Assembly: GCA_036000965.1 (NCBI GenBank)
Contig: DASYUT010000164.1
Span: forward strand, 1,932 to 65,931
Origin: Actinomycetes bacterium
GTDB taxonomy: Bacteria; Actinomycetota; CALGFH01
DNA: 64,000 nt
Direction of reading: 5' to 3'
Shown: positions 1 through 8,738 of the stretch, piece by piece
Numbering within the stretch: position 1 is the stretch's first letter
Layout: the number at the start of each line of letters is the position of its first letter
Translations under genes and position numbers: made by a program
Notes under the pieces: generated by a model
The model's input: the letters and a program-made list of their open reading frames with translations, nothing else
What the model was told of the DNA's origin: nothing
Database searches by the model: none

Positions 1-694
1 AATCTCTGTTGTGGTAGGAGAGTTCGGCGTACCAGTCGCCGCGGCCCTGCGGGGTGAGGTCGAGGGTGTTCCAGACCGGGCTGAGCAGGTCGATGCCGCG
101 CTGGTCGATGTCGTCGGCCATGCGTGGGTGGGTGGTGTAGAAGTGCCGCAGGGTGTCGTGGCCGTCGCGGGTGAAGACCGAGATGGTCGAGTCCTGGTTG
201 CCCTGGTCGTCCTCGCTGCCGAGGTCGTACTTGAAGGTGCTGTCCCCGCAGCTGAGCAGCCGCAGGTTGCGCCAGCCTCGGCGGCGGGCGTGCGCGCGCA
301 GGGCCGGCGGGTCGGCGGCGGCGGCGATGGCGAAGTCGACGTTCTGCGCCAGGTGGGGGGCGACGCCGTTGAACCCGTCGATCCACATGGTGCACATCGG
401 GCAGGGGCTGGTCTGCCGCTTGCCGTACATCAGGTGGTAGACGACCAGCGACCGGCGAGGACCGCTGAACAGCTCGCTCAGCCGCACCGGACGGGCCGGC
501 GTGTCGCCGGCATCCAGGTCGGCCGGTCCCTCCTGGAACACGTAGTCGTCGACCGTGGCGCCGTCGGGGAGCCGGCGGCGCAGTTCGGCGACCCGTTCGC
601 GCTGGCGCATCAGCTCGATCTCGGCGAGCCGGAGCTCGTCGCGGCGGGCGAGGTAGTCGGCCGGTTCGTTGGCCAGGTTGGTCTGTCGCATCAT
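1..694 (-). CDS. DUF899 thioredoxin-like family protein; 3' end runs off the window start
   Basis: Not in ORF track because it has no stop in the window. Manual reverse-strand translation from ATGATG at ~689-694 gives MMRQTNLANEPADYLARRDELRLAEIELMRQRE…MCTMWIDGFNGVAPHL…, typical of DUF899. GGAGAGG lies just upstream. The 446-aa plus-strand ORF 11..1351 is its antisense artefact. Confidence 0.6.
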   Translation of the reverse strand, partial: MMRQTNLANEPADYLARRDELRLAEIELMRQRERVAELRRRLPDGATVDDYVFQEGPADLDAGDTPARPVRLSELFSGPRRSLVVYHLMYGKRQTSPCPMCTMWIDGFNGVAPHLAQNVDFAIAAAADPPALRAHARRRGWRNLRLLSCGDSTFKYDLGSEDDQGNQDSTISVFTRDGHDTLRHFYTTHPRMADDIDQRGIDLLSPVWNTLDLTPQGRGDWYAELSYHNRD

Positions 695-889
695 GCCTCT
701 CCGGTGGTTGGGCCGCCCGGCGAGCGCGGCGGCGAGTTGGTCGAGCTTGGTGGCCAGCCCCTGGCGAGGCGGGGTGGATGGCGTCTGGCTCCGGCGCTGC
801 CGTCGATTGGCGCCTGCCCTCCTTCCCTTCACTGCGGTGGATATGGGACCCGGCGCGGGCGAGCACGGCAAGCCTTCCCGGTTGAACGG

Positions 890-1321
890 TCAGGCCTTGC
901 GGAACAGGGGGGCGGCCTGGCCGGTCTCGGCGTAGGTCCTGAGCATCAACAGCAGGTGGGCCCAGGTGAACGCCGCCATCGGGAACGGGCCACTGTCGTC
1001 GGCCCAGCCCTCGTGCGCGAAATGGAGCTTGGTGCCGCTGTCAGGGTTGGCCGACAGCGTCCACACGATCTGGGTGCCGACCCAGTGCGGCGGGAAGTCG
1101 CCGATCGACTCCCAGCGGACCCGCTCCGGGCCCACCTCGGCGACCCGCAGCGCGAACGGCTTCGGTGCGGTCGGGAAGCCGAGCGTCATGGTCGAGCCGA
1201 CCCCGCCGGCGAAGGCGACGTCGTCGGTCCACCACGACGCGATGCCCTGCTCGGTGCCGAGGGCGGCCACGATCGGGCTGGCGTCGGCTGCGATGTCGAC
1301 CTCGAAGACGATCCGTGCCAT
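890..1321 (-). CDS. SRPBCC superfamily protein (AHSA1/activator of Hsp90 ATPase-like)
   Basis: 143-aa ORF starting MARIVFEVDIAADASP…WESIGDFPPHWVGTQIVWTL…; length and motifs fit the AHSA1/SRPBCC fold. Divergent from the ArsR gene. Confidence 0.7.
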   Translation of the reverse strand: MARIVFEVDIAADASPIVAALGTEQGIASWWTDDVAFAGGVGSTMTLGFPTAPKPFALRVAEVGPERVRWESIGDFPPHWVGTQIVWTLSANPDSGTKLHFAHEGWADDSGPFPMAAFTWAHLLLMLRTYAETGQAAPLFRKA

Positions 1322-1405
1322 GGAGACTCCTCCCAGTCGTTCAAGTGGTGACTGAAGCGTATCGCGCGTCGTGCCTTACGTTCAAGTCATCGCTAGAATG
1401 TCCGC

Positions 1406-1723
1406 GTGGACATGCTGCAGGTCGTCGTCGAGCCGCGCCGCCGGGAGATCCTGCGGCTGCTGTGGGACCGGGAGCTGAGCGTGGGCGAGGTGGCCTCGCG
1501 GTTCCCGGTCAGCTTCGCCGCTGTGTCGCTGCATCTCGGCGTGCTGCGCGAGGCCGGGCTGGTCACCGTCAGACCGGACGGCAAACGCCGGATGTACCGG
1601 GCGAACCGGGATGCACTGGCGCGGCTGGCGCCGATGCTCGAGGCGATGTGGCGTCAGGACCTCGACCGGCTGGCCGAGGTGGCCGAGGCCGACCAGACGG
1701 GACGCCAGGCGGGCCGGCGGTGA
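1406..1723 (+). CDS. ArsR/SmtB family transcriptional regulator
   Basis: 105 aa; the wHTH motif …ILRLLWDRELSVGEVASRFPVSFAAVSLHLGVLREAGLVTVRPDGKRRMYRAN… is a classic ArsR signature. GTG start at 1406, alternative ATG at 1412. Confidence 0.8.
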   Translation: MDMLQVVVEPRRREILRLLWDRELSVGEVASRFPVSFAAVSLHLGVLREAGLVTVRPDGKRRMYRANRDALARLAPMLEAMWRQDLDRLAEVAEADQTGRQAGRR

Positions 1724-2176
1724 GCCCACCAGTGGTCGTGGAGCGGTGGGTCAAGGCCACCCCACAGACGGTGTTCGGGTTCCTTACCGAGCCTGACAAG
1801 TGGGTGCGCTGGCAGGGTACCCAGGCCGAGCTCGACCCCCCGCCCCGGCGGTATCTACCGGGTCCACATCCGAGCGGGGGTCACCGCCAGCGGCCAGTTC
1901 GTGGAGGTCGAGCCGTACCGCCGGGTCGTCTTCACCTGGGGCTTTGAGATCCCAGACCACCCGATCCCGCCGGGCTCCACCCTCGTCCAGACTGACCTCA
2001 TCCCCGACGGCGACGACACGCTGGTCCGGCTCACCCAAGACCACGTGCCGCCGCCCGGCGTCGTCCCCGTCCGCCGCGGCTGGGACGACTACCTCGACCG
2101 ACTGCAGGTCGCCGCCGCCGGGGGCGACCCCGGCCCCGACCCCGGCGGCGTGCCTCAACCCACCCAGGGCGCATAG
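1720..2176 (+). pseudogene. Second SRPBCC/AHSA1-domain gene, interrupted by a frameshift in a C-homopolymer (~1835-1850)
   Basis: The N-terminal peptide VVERWVKATPQTVFGFLTEPDKWVRWQGTQAELDP is in frame 1, starting at a GTG that overlaps the ArsR stop (GTGA). The C-terminal peptide GGIYRVHIRAGVTASGQFVEVEPYRRVVFTWGFEIPDHP… is in frame 2 (ORF 1901..2176). The frames switch inside gaccccccgccccggcgg. Removing one C restores a ~151-aa AHSA1-like protein. Confidence 0.5.
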
Positions 2177-2379
2177 TCCCGAACTCACCGCGGCGGGCCG
2201 CGGCGTGCATTGACCGCCGACATGCGCCGAGGCTCGACGCCATGTTGCCGATGGAATCCTTCCGTTCGCGCACGCGCGACCCACCCCCATCCCGGTGCAA
2301 TCAGCAGGGGTCCGCCTGCGTCCGACCGGGCGTGGGAGGCCGACGGCCAGCCGAGCGACAACGGTCAGGGACAAGCGTG

Positions 2380-2900
2380 CTGCATAACGTGCCGATCCGG
2401 TCGAGATTCGCCTTCACGCTGATCGTGCCGCTGCTGGGCTTGGCGGTCTTTGCCGTGACCGGCTGCGCCAGGTCGAACAGCGGGTCAGCGCCTACATCAT
2501 CGCCACCAGTTCGACCCTGGAGGCCAACGCCAAGCGGCGTGCGCTGTTGTACGGCGTGCTGCTGGCCACCACGGTCGGGCTCGCGATCGGCTTGTCGCTG
2601 GTCACGGCCCGCTCGCTCATCGTGCCGCTCGCGGTCTCAAAGACGCCATCGGCGAGGTGGCCCGGCACGAGCTCCTCGGTGTCGTCCGCCGCCTGGCAGC
2701 TCGCCCATGCCAACGAGCACATGGTCAATTCTCCGGTCGTGGAGTTGACGAGCGCGAGAATGCTCGGCTTCTTCGTGGTCGGGCAGCTTGCCGCACGGCA
2801 CGGCATCAAGGTGCGCCACTCCCAGTACGCCGACGTACCGCGCTGGTGCTCCTGCCGGTGGACCTTGTGGTCCGGTCCGACCCGTTGGCCGCCGCCGACG
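2380..2900 (+). pseudogene. Decayed remnant of a NIT/HAMP sensor-kinase-like (conservon CvnA-type) gene with multiple frameshifts
   Basis: Three adjacent frames carry: IRSRFAFTLIVPLLGLAVFAVTGCARS (N-terminal TM); QVEQRVSAYIIATSSTLEANAKRRALLYGVLLATTVGLAIGLSLVTARSLIVPLAV followed by LKDAIGEVARHELLGVV (second TM plus HAMP-like region); and NSPVVELTSARMLGFFVVGQLAARHGIKV (HATPase-like G-box). No single frame is intact and the total is far too short for a functional sensor. Confidence 0.3.
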
Positions 2901-2994
2901 GGCGTCCAAGCCAGGCCGTCCAAGGCCCCGGCCGACCGCGAGGTCCCCGATCGCCAACGTGGAGATGCTCACCGGAACGGCACCGGTCGAGGCC

Positions 2995-3501
2995 TCACCG
3001 GAGGGTGCGACTGCCAGACTCCTCCCGCGTCCACAGCCGCCACGCCACCAGGACCACACTGACCCACAGACCCGGGACGTAGAAGGTCAGGATCAGCCAC
3101 GAAACATCGGCTGCCTTGTCGAACAGGTCCTCGCGTATGCCCATGAGCGCGGCGTTGCTGAGGTCGATCACCGTTGCCACCACGAACACCCATGCCAGAG
3201 GAATCGCAAAGCGCCACCGATAGCGCAGGGCATACAGCGTTGCGAGGGCCAGCACCATTCCGACCAGGTCCCCGTAGACGATCTCGTCGCGGGTGAGGTC
3301 CGGGATGGCAAAGCCGAACTCCTGCGCCGAGAACAGCTGCAGGGCGACGTGGCGGAAGGCGTGGATCCACAGCAGGGGGGTGATGGCAGCGCCGAGAGCC
3401 ACAGCCCGCATCCTGGGCGCCGCATACCAGGCGGCCGCGGTGGCGAAGACGACGAAGCTGAGGACCATCGCGACCAGCGCGGCGGCGGTGAGCGCCATCA
3501 T
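2995..3501 (-). CDS. Integral membrane protein of unknown function (4-5 predicted TM helices)
   Basis: Starts MMALTAAALVAMVLSFVVFATAAAWYAAP…, 168 aa from tandem ATGs at 3496-3501. Hydrophobic helices alternate with Arg/Trp-rich loops. The long 225-aa ORF upstream of this start is a GC artefact. Confidence 0.5.
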   Translation of the reverse strand: MMALTAAALVAMVLSFVVFATAAAWYAAPRMRAVALGAAITPLLWIHAFRHVALQLFSAQEFGFAIPDLTRDEIVYGDLVGMVLALATLYALRYRWRFAIPLAWVFVVATVIDLSNAALMGIREDLFDKAADVSWLILTFYVPGLWVSVVLVAWRLWTREESGSRTLR

Positions 3502-3604
3502 TCGTCTCTCAGCCAGTCGAGCGCGTGCTGGCGATGGGTGAACCACGCGGTGGGGAACGTGGCGGGACCATCGCTGACGGGTTGGCCTGGCGGCAGGCGT
3601 CTCG

Positions 3605-3880
3605 GTGGACGGGCTGGCCGCCCACGCCAGCGTCAGCATCCGCACGCTCAACCGTCGCTTCAAGACGGCCACCGGCCAGACGCCCCGCGGCTACCTTCAG
3701 AGGATCCGCATCGAGGCGGCCAAGCGACTGCTCGAAACGACCACCGACCCCGTCGACCACCTCAGAGCCCAAGTCGGCTACGGCGACCCGACAGCATTCC
3801 GACGCGCGTTCACCCAGGCCACCGGTCTGGGTCCTCGAGCGTACCGACAGAAGTACGGCCCGCGACGACACCATCCGTAG
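3605..3880 (+). pseudogene. AraC-family HTH domain fragment (C-terminal DNA-binding domain only)
   Basis: The peptide …ASVSIRTLNRRFKTATGQTPRGYLQRIRIEAAKRLLETTTDPVDHLRAQVGYGDPTAFRRAFTQATGLGPRAYRQKY matches the AraC HTH. An in-frame TGA at 3575-3577 sits immediately upstream, so there is no N-terminal effector domain. Confidence 0.5.
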
Positions 3881-4167
3881 CGGCGGTCCCGGGCAAGGGA
3901 GGGGATACCGCCGGCGACCTCCCCGATGGCAAGACCGCGAGGCTCCTCCCCACGTTTTGGGGACGTAGAGCCCTACCAGCGCCTCGGCCCCGAGCAGCCG
4001 GCCCGAAGCCTACCCGGTATCGCCAAGGCCGGCGGTCCCCTGGTCACCACTGCGCTCGGCCGGCCGGGGACAGACGCACGGCCGGCGCGATGGTGGGACG
4101 ATGCGGGGACGATGTTGGAACGCGACCGTGATCCTGGTACCAGCGCACTGGGAGCCGAGCGCCCGCG

Positions 4168-5220
4168 ATGAGCCGCGCGATCCTCCCGCCCGCGACGACC
4201 GATCACGATCGTGGCGTGCTCGCGGCCGCCCGCGCCGGAGACCAGCGCGCGTTCGAACGCCTGACGGCTCCGCTCCAGCGGGAGCTGCACGTGCACTGCT
4301 ACCGGATGCTGGGGACCGTGCAGGACGCCGATGACGCACTCCAGGACACCCTGCTGCGTGCGTGGCGCCACCTCGGACGATTCCAGCCCCGCCAGCCGCT
4401 GCGGGCGTGGCTGTATCGCATCGCCACCAACGTCTGTCTCTCGGCACTGGCGCGCAGAACACGGCGCGCCGAGGTTTCCCTCCAAGGGTTCGAAGCGGCC
4501 CGTGCGCCCAAGCGCGTCGAGGGTGACGCCGTCCACCTCGACCCGTATCCCGACCGACTGCTCGACCTGAACCACGCCCCGCAGCAGGGACCCGAGGCCG
4601 TCGTGGAGCGGCGCGAGACAGTCGAACTGGCGTTCGTCGTCGCCGTCCAGCTGCTGCCGGCCCGGCAGCGCGCCGTGCTGCTGCTGCGCGACGTGTTCGG
4701 CTTCCCAGCTGCCGAGGTTGCCGACCTGCTCGGCACCAGCGTCGCCGCCGTCAACAGTGCGCTGCAGCGAGCGCGCTCAACGTGTGAGCGGGAACGCCGA
4801 GCCGGGCGGATCACGCGGGTCCACGCCCCCGCCACAGCGACCGTCGAACGCTCGCTTGTGCGGCGCTTCAGCGCGGCCTGGCAGGCCGCGGACGTGTCGG
4901 CGCTGGTCCGGCTGCTTGCTGAGGACGCGCTCTTGACGATGCCGCCGACGCCGGTGCGTCTGGTGGGCCGTGAAGCGATCGCGTCGTTCTTGCGCACCGG
5001 CCCGGGCGACGGCCACCTGGACCGATTCCGAGCCGTGGAGACCCGCGCGAACCGTCAGCCGGCGATCGCCCTGTACCTCGAAGACCCTGCGACCGGCGTC
5101 CACCAGGCGCACGCCGTTCTGGTGCTCTCGATCCGCGGTGCAACGGTCGCTTCGGTGACACGGTTCGGGATTTCCGAGCTATTCTACCGGTTCGGGCTGC
5201 CGCAGACCCTCCAGCCTTGA
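4168..5220 (+). CDS. ECF-type RNA polymerase sigma-70 factor with a C-terminal SnoaL/NTF2-like extension
   Basis: 350 aa. Sigma-2 region: LQRELHVHCYRMLGTVQDADDALQDTLLRAWRHL…LRAWLYRIATNVCL. Sigma-4 region: AVLLLRDVFGFPAAEVADLLGTSVAAVNSALQRAR. A ~130-aa C-terminal tail is typical of the extended ECF groups. Confidence 0.8.
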   Translation: MSRAILPPATTDHDRGVLAAARAGDQRAFERLTAPLQRELHVHCYRMLGTVQDADDALQDTLLRAWRHLGRFQPRQPLRAWLYRIATNVCLSALARRTRRAEVSLQGFEAARAPKRVEGDAVHLDPYPDRLLDLNHAPQQGPEAVVERRETVELAFVVAVQLLPARQRAVLLLRDVFGFPAAEVADLLGTSVAAVNSALQRARSTCERERRAGRITRVHAPATATVERSLVRRFSAAWQAADVSALVRLLAEDALLTMPPTPVRLVGREAIASFLRTGPGDGHLDRFRAVETRANRQPAIALYLEDPATGVHQAHAVLVLSIRGATVASVTRFGISELFYRFGLPQTLQP

Positions 5221-5338
5221 CGTCCAGGCCGCAGAACCACCGGCGGGTTCGGCGATGAGTTCCGCTCGTGCGGGCGGTTGTATCGGCGAGGCATGATGGG
5301 TCCGGCCGACCCGGCCGGCAGAGCGGAAGGAGCACCCG

Positions 5339-5716
5339 GTGGCGAGGTACGCGATCGTCGTGATGTCGGAGCACAGCGAGGGAAACCCGGGCGGCCAGGG
5401 CCGCATGGTCCACGCGCTCTCCGCGGCCAAGGAGTTCAAGAAGGCGGGCGAGGACGTGACGATCTGGTTCCACGGCATCGGCGTCACGTGGCTGGCGGCC
5501 TTCGACTCGCGGTACGACCAGTTCTCGCGGAACTACGGCGGCCTGTTCGACGAGGTCCGCGACACGATCCGCGGCGCGTGCGACTTCTGCACGACGACAC
5601 GGTTCGGGTCGGCGGAGGCCGCCAAACGTCTAGGCGTACCGGTCGTGGGCGGCGACGGGCAGCACCACACGGTCGCCACGCTGGTTGCCGAGGGCTACCA
5701 GGTGTTCACGTTCTGA
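5339..5716 (+). CDS. DsrE/DsrF-like family protein
   Basis: 125 aa, MARYAIVVMSEHSEGNPGGQGRMVHALSAAKEFKKAGEDVTIWFHGIGVTW… resembles the DsrE/YchN fold. Lies at the synteny break next to yraN. Confidence 0.55.
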   Translation: MARYAIVVMSEHSEGNPGGQGRMVHALSAAKEFKKAGEDVTIWFHGIGVTWLAAFDSRYDQFSRNYGGLFDEVRDTIRGACDFCTTTRFGSAEAAKRLGVPVVGGDGQHHTVATLVAEGYQVFTF

Positions 5717-5839
5717 CGCGATCGCCTACGCACAGACGATCAGCCGGCCCCCGGTCGGTCACTGGCAACACACCACAGCAAACACCATAGCCCGGAGCTT
5801 CACATCCACGAGCAACGGTCACCTCAGAAGGCAGGACTG

Positions 5840-6217
5840 TCAGAAGGCCCCTTCAAGGTGCTCCAGGACGGGTGCAGCGCCCCGCGGCCAGGTGATGGTC
5901 ACCACGTCGAAGCGGACCCGGCTGGGCGGGTGCTCGGTGGCGGCCAGCCAGGCGGCGGCCAGGGCGCGCAGGCGGGCCTGCTTGCGGGGGGTGACGGCGG
6001 CGGCCGGGGTGCCGTAGGCGCTGCCTCGGCGGGTCTTGACCTCGCAGAACACGAGCAGGCCGGGGCCGGCGGCGACGACGTCGATCTCGCCGGCCCGGCA
6101 GCGCCAGTTGCGGGCGAGGACGGTGAGGCCGGTGCCGGCGAGGTGGTCGCAGGCGAGGGCCTCGCCGCGGCGGCCGAGGTCGGCGCGGGGATCGGGCGGG
6201 GGCGGCTGGCTGGGCAC
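5840..6217 (-). CDS. yraN: YraN family (UPF0102) endonuclease-like protein
   Basis: 125 aa; RGEALACDHLAGTGLTVLARNWRCRAGEIDVVAAGPGLLVFCEVKTRRG… is the YraN signature. Last gene of the conserved rplS-lepB-rnhB block. Confidence 0.8.
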   Translation of the reverse strand: MPSQPPPPDPRADLGRRGEALACDHLAGTGLTVLARNWRCRAGEIDVVAAGPGLLVFCEVKTRRGSAYGTPAAAVTPRKQARLRALAAAWLAATEHPPSRVRFDVVTITWPRGAAPVLEHLEGAF

Positions 6218-6234
6218 GGCCGGACCGTACCGCC

Positions 6235-6345
6235 GGAGCGGGCCCGCCGGATGGCCGGCGGCCAGGTTGTGGACGGCCGCCAGGTTGTGGACGGCTCGCG
6301 GCCAGGTTGCGGATGGCCGGCGGCAGGTTGTGGACGGTCGGCGGT
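6235..6345. repeat. Tandem ~16-17-nt repeats (CCAGGTTGTGGACGGC-like, ~5 copies) in the spacer between the micro-ORF and yraN
   Basis: Visible as …ggccaggttgtggacggccgccaggttgtggacggctcgcggccaggttgcggatggccggcggcaggttgtggacggtcggcggtcagttgccgcc…. Confidence 0.7.
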
Positions 6346-6467
6346 CAGTTGCCGCCGGCGGCCAGGACCCAGGCGACCAGGCCGCCGATGATGACGATGG
6401 CGGCGACCAGGATGGCGATGTCGACTGGCTTCTTGTCGCGGTAGCGGCGGGTGGCGTTGAACCCCAT
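6345..6467 (-). CDS. Micro-ORF: 40-aa single-pass membrane protein (not in ORF track)
   Basis: ATG at 6465-6467 (minus strand) preceded by GGAGG with a 10-nt spacer. Translation is MGFNATRRYRDKKPVDIAILVAAIVIIGGLVAWVLAAGGN*: a basic N-terminus followed by one TM helix. Sits between the DUF2469 gene and yraN. Confidence 0.45.
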   Translation of the reverse strand: MGFNATRRYRDKKPVDIAILVAAIVIIGGLVAWVLAAGGN

Positions 6468-6489
6468 GGGCGTCAGGCCTCCGCGGTGG

Positions 6490-6786
6490 TCACAGTTCTT
6501 CCTTGCGGATGAGCTCTTCGATGTTGACGTCCTTGAAGGTGACGACGCGGACCTTGGTGACGAAGCGGGCAGACCGGTACATGTCCCAGACCCAGGCGTC
6601 GTGCAGGATGAGGTCGAAGTACACGTCGGTGTCCTCGTTGCGGATCTTCAGGTCGACCTTGTTGGCGAGGTAGAAGCGCCGCTCGGTCTCGACGACGTAC
6701 TGGAACATGCTGAGCACGTCGCGGTACTCGTGGTAGAGCTGCAGCTCGATATCCGCCTCGTACTTCTCGAGGTCCTCGGCGCTCAT
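6490..6786 (-). CDS. DUF2469 family protein (actinobacterial, conserved downstream of rnhB)
   Basis: 98 aa, MSAEDLEKYEADIELQLYHEYRDVLSMFQYVVETERRFYLANKVDLKIRNEDTDVYFDLILHDAWVWDMYR…; 4-nt overlap with rnhB. Confidence 0.8.
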   Translation of the reverse strand: MSAEDLEKYEADIELQLYHEYRDVLSMFQYVVETERRFYLANKVDLKIRNEDTDVYFDLILHDAWVWDMYRSARFVTKVRVVTFKDVNIEELIRKEEL

Positions 6787-7439
6787 CGCCCCTCCTGTGC
6801 GGGCTGGTGGTTCGTTTCCTCCGGCGGGTGGGCGACCCAGGGCGCGGCCACGCCCGCGAAGGAGTAGCGATGGTAGGCCGTCGGGCCGAGTGCGCGCAGC
6901 GCCGCCCAGTGCTCATCCGTCCCATATCCCTTGTGCCGCTCGAACCCGTAGCCGGGGTAGCGGCGGGCGGCCCGGGTCATGATGCGGTCCCGGGTGACCT
7001 TGGCGATGATGGAGGCGGCGGCGACGCAGGCCACGACCTGGTCGCCTTTGCGGACGCCGAGGACGGGGGCTGGCATGCGCGGGATGGGGAAGCCGTCGGC
7101 CAAGGCGTAGTCGTAGCCGCCGGGGAGGGTGCGCAGCACCCGGGCGAGCAGCGCGAGGTTGCAGCGGTGGAGGCCGTGGGCGTCGATCCGCTCTGGGCTG
7201 ACGCGGGCGACGGAGATGGCCAGGGCGGCCTGCTCGATCTGGGCGGCGAGCTCGGTGCGGCGGGCCGGGGTGAGAAGCTTGGAGTCGGCGAGCCCGTGGA
7301 TGGCGTGGCCGGCGGGCAGGACGACGGCGGCGGCCACGAGCGGCCCGGCGAGGGCGCCCCTGCCCGCCTCGTCCGCCCCGGCGACGCGGCCGAAGCCGGC
7401 GTCGCGGAGGCGGTCTTCGAACACTGCGGAGGCAAGCAC
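6783..7439 (-). CDS. rnhB: Ribonuclease HII
   Basis: 218 aa; GADEAGRGALAGPLVAAAVVL…DSKLLTPARR…GYDYALADG…ASIIAKVTRDRIM…YGFERHKGYGT are the RNase HII motifs. Confidence 0.9.
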   Translation of the reverse strand: MLASAVFEDRLRDAGFGRVAGADEAGRGALAGPLVAAAVVLPAGHAIHGLADSKLLTPARRTELAAQIEQAALAISVARVSPERIDAHGLHRCNLALLARVLRTLPGGYDYALADGFPIPRMPAPVLGVRKGDQVVACVAAASIIAKVTRDRIMTRAARRYPGYGFERHKGYGTDEHWAALRALGPTAYHRYSFAGVAAPWVAHPPEETNHQPAQEGR

Positions 7440-7523
7440 GTTGAGTAGCCTACTGCGCGAAGGGTGCGATCCGCGCGAGGTCGGCTGATCGGTTGGGATG
7501 GGTTGGGGGCATGGGTCCGGCTT

Positions 7524-8219
7524 TCAGCGGTCGCGGCGAAGCCAGCCGCCACGGTTGAACGGCCAGATGCGCACGAAGGCGCGCCCGACGACGCTGGAAC
7601 GGTCGATGGGGCCGAAGACGCGGGAGTCCTGGGAGTTGTTGCGGTTGTCGCCCATGACGAACAGCTTGCCCTCGGGGACGGTGCTGGGCGAGCAGTCGGT
7701 GGTGGCGTCGCCGAGCAGGTAGGGCTCGTCCGTGGGGGAGCCGTTGCGGTAGAGCCTGCCGCCCGAGCAGGAGAGCTTGTCACCGGGGACGCCCACGACC
7801 CGCTTGATGAAGTCGCGGTCGGAGGGTGGGGTGACGCCGACGGCCTGGCCCAGGCCGATGAAGAACCTGGCGACTGGGTTGGGCTGAGGGGTGTCGAGGC
7901 TGGGGTCGTTGTGGACGAAGACGACGACGTCGCCGCGCTCGACCTCGCCGAACCGGTAGGTGACCTTCTCGACGAGGACGCGGTCGGAGATGTCGAGGGT
8001 GGGTTCCATCGAGCCGGAGGGGATGTAGAAAGCCTGGATGAGGAAGGTCTTGAAGATGACGGCGAGCAGCACGGCGAGGACGATGAGGACGGCGGTCTCA
8101 CGGACGACCGCGAGCGGGCCGGCCGGCTTGTCACGTGCAGGCGTGCGGGCCTCGGCGGCGTCTGCGCCGCCGGGGCCGTCGGCCTGGTCGCCGGTGTCGC
8201 TGGTGACGGGTCGCCTCAT
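7524..8219 (-). CDS. lepB: Signal peptidase I
   Basis: 231 aa with a TM anchor; SPase I boxes [26 protein letters not shown] and [14 protein letters not shown] are all present. 4-nt overlap with rplS. Confidence 0.9.
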   Translation of the reverse strand: MRRPVTSDTGDQADGPGGADAAEARTPARDKPAGPLAVVRETAVLIVLAVLLAVIFKTFLIQAFYIPSGSMEPTLDISDRVLVEKVTYRFGEVERGDVVVFVHNDPSLDTPQPNPVARFFIGLGQAVGVTPPSDRDFIKRVVGVPGDKLSCSGGRLYRNGSPTDEPYLLGDATTDCSPSTVPEGKLFVMGDNRNNSQDSRVFGPIDRSSVVGRAFVRIWPFNRGGWLRRDR

Positions 8220-8569
8220 GCTCGCGCGGAGCGCTTTTCCTTGATCTTGGCGGCCTTGCCCGTCCGGTCGCGCAGGTAGTAGAGCTTGGCCCGGCGGACG
8301 TCGCCCCGGGTGACGAGCTCGACCCTGGCGATGCTGGGCGAGTGGACGGGGAAGGTGCGCTCGACGCCGACCCCGAAGGAGACCTTGCGGACCGTGAACG
8401 TCTCGCGCAGGCCACCTCCCTGGCGGCGGAGCACGAAGCCCTGGAAGACCTGGATGCGCTCCCGGGCGCCTTCGACGACCCTGACGTGGACCTTGACGGT
8501 GTCGCCGGGACGGAAGTCGGGCAGGTCGCCGCGCAGTTGTGCGCGTTCGACCGCGTCGGTGATCTGCAT
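8216..8569 (-). CDS. rplS: 50S ribosomal protein L19
   Basis: Real start [34 protein letters not shown]… at the ATG complementing 8567-8569; 117 aa. The long upstream extension in the ORF track is an artefact. Confidence 0.95.
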   Translation of the reverse strand: MQITDAVERAQLRGDLPDFRPGDTVKVHVRVVEGARERIQVFQGFVLRRQGGGLRETFTVRKVSFGVGVERTFPVHSPSIARVELVTRGDVRRAKLYYLRDRTGKAAKIKEKRSARA

Positions 8570-8738
8570 TGGGTGAAGCTCCCTTTGGGAAAGGCTCGAG
8601 ACGCGAGGCGTGCCGGCCCAGCGGGTCGGGGTGTGCCCATGGGTGGGCACCACAAGTCGGCTGGCGGCACCTGCGAGGGTAACACGCCCGCGTCGAACCG
8701 CTCCACCTGCTCGGCGGGTGTGCTCGGGTCGGCCGGGT

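Noticed and set aside
11-1351. 446-aa plus-strand ORF at the window start
   Set aside because: Low-complexity Gly/Val/Asp/Arg-rich translation with no motifs. It is exactly antisense to two recognisable minus-strand genes (DUF899 and SRPBCC). A typical GC-rich frame artefact.
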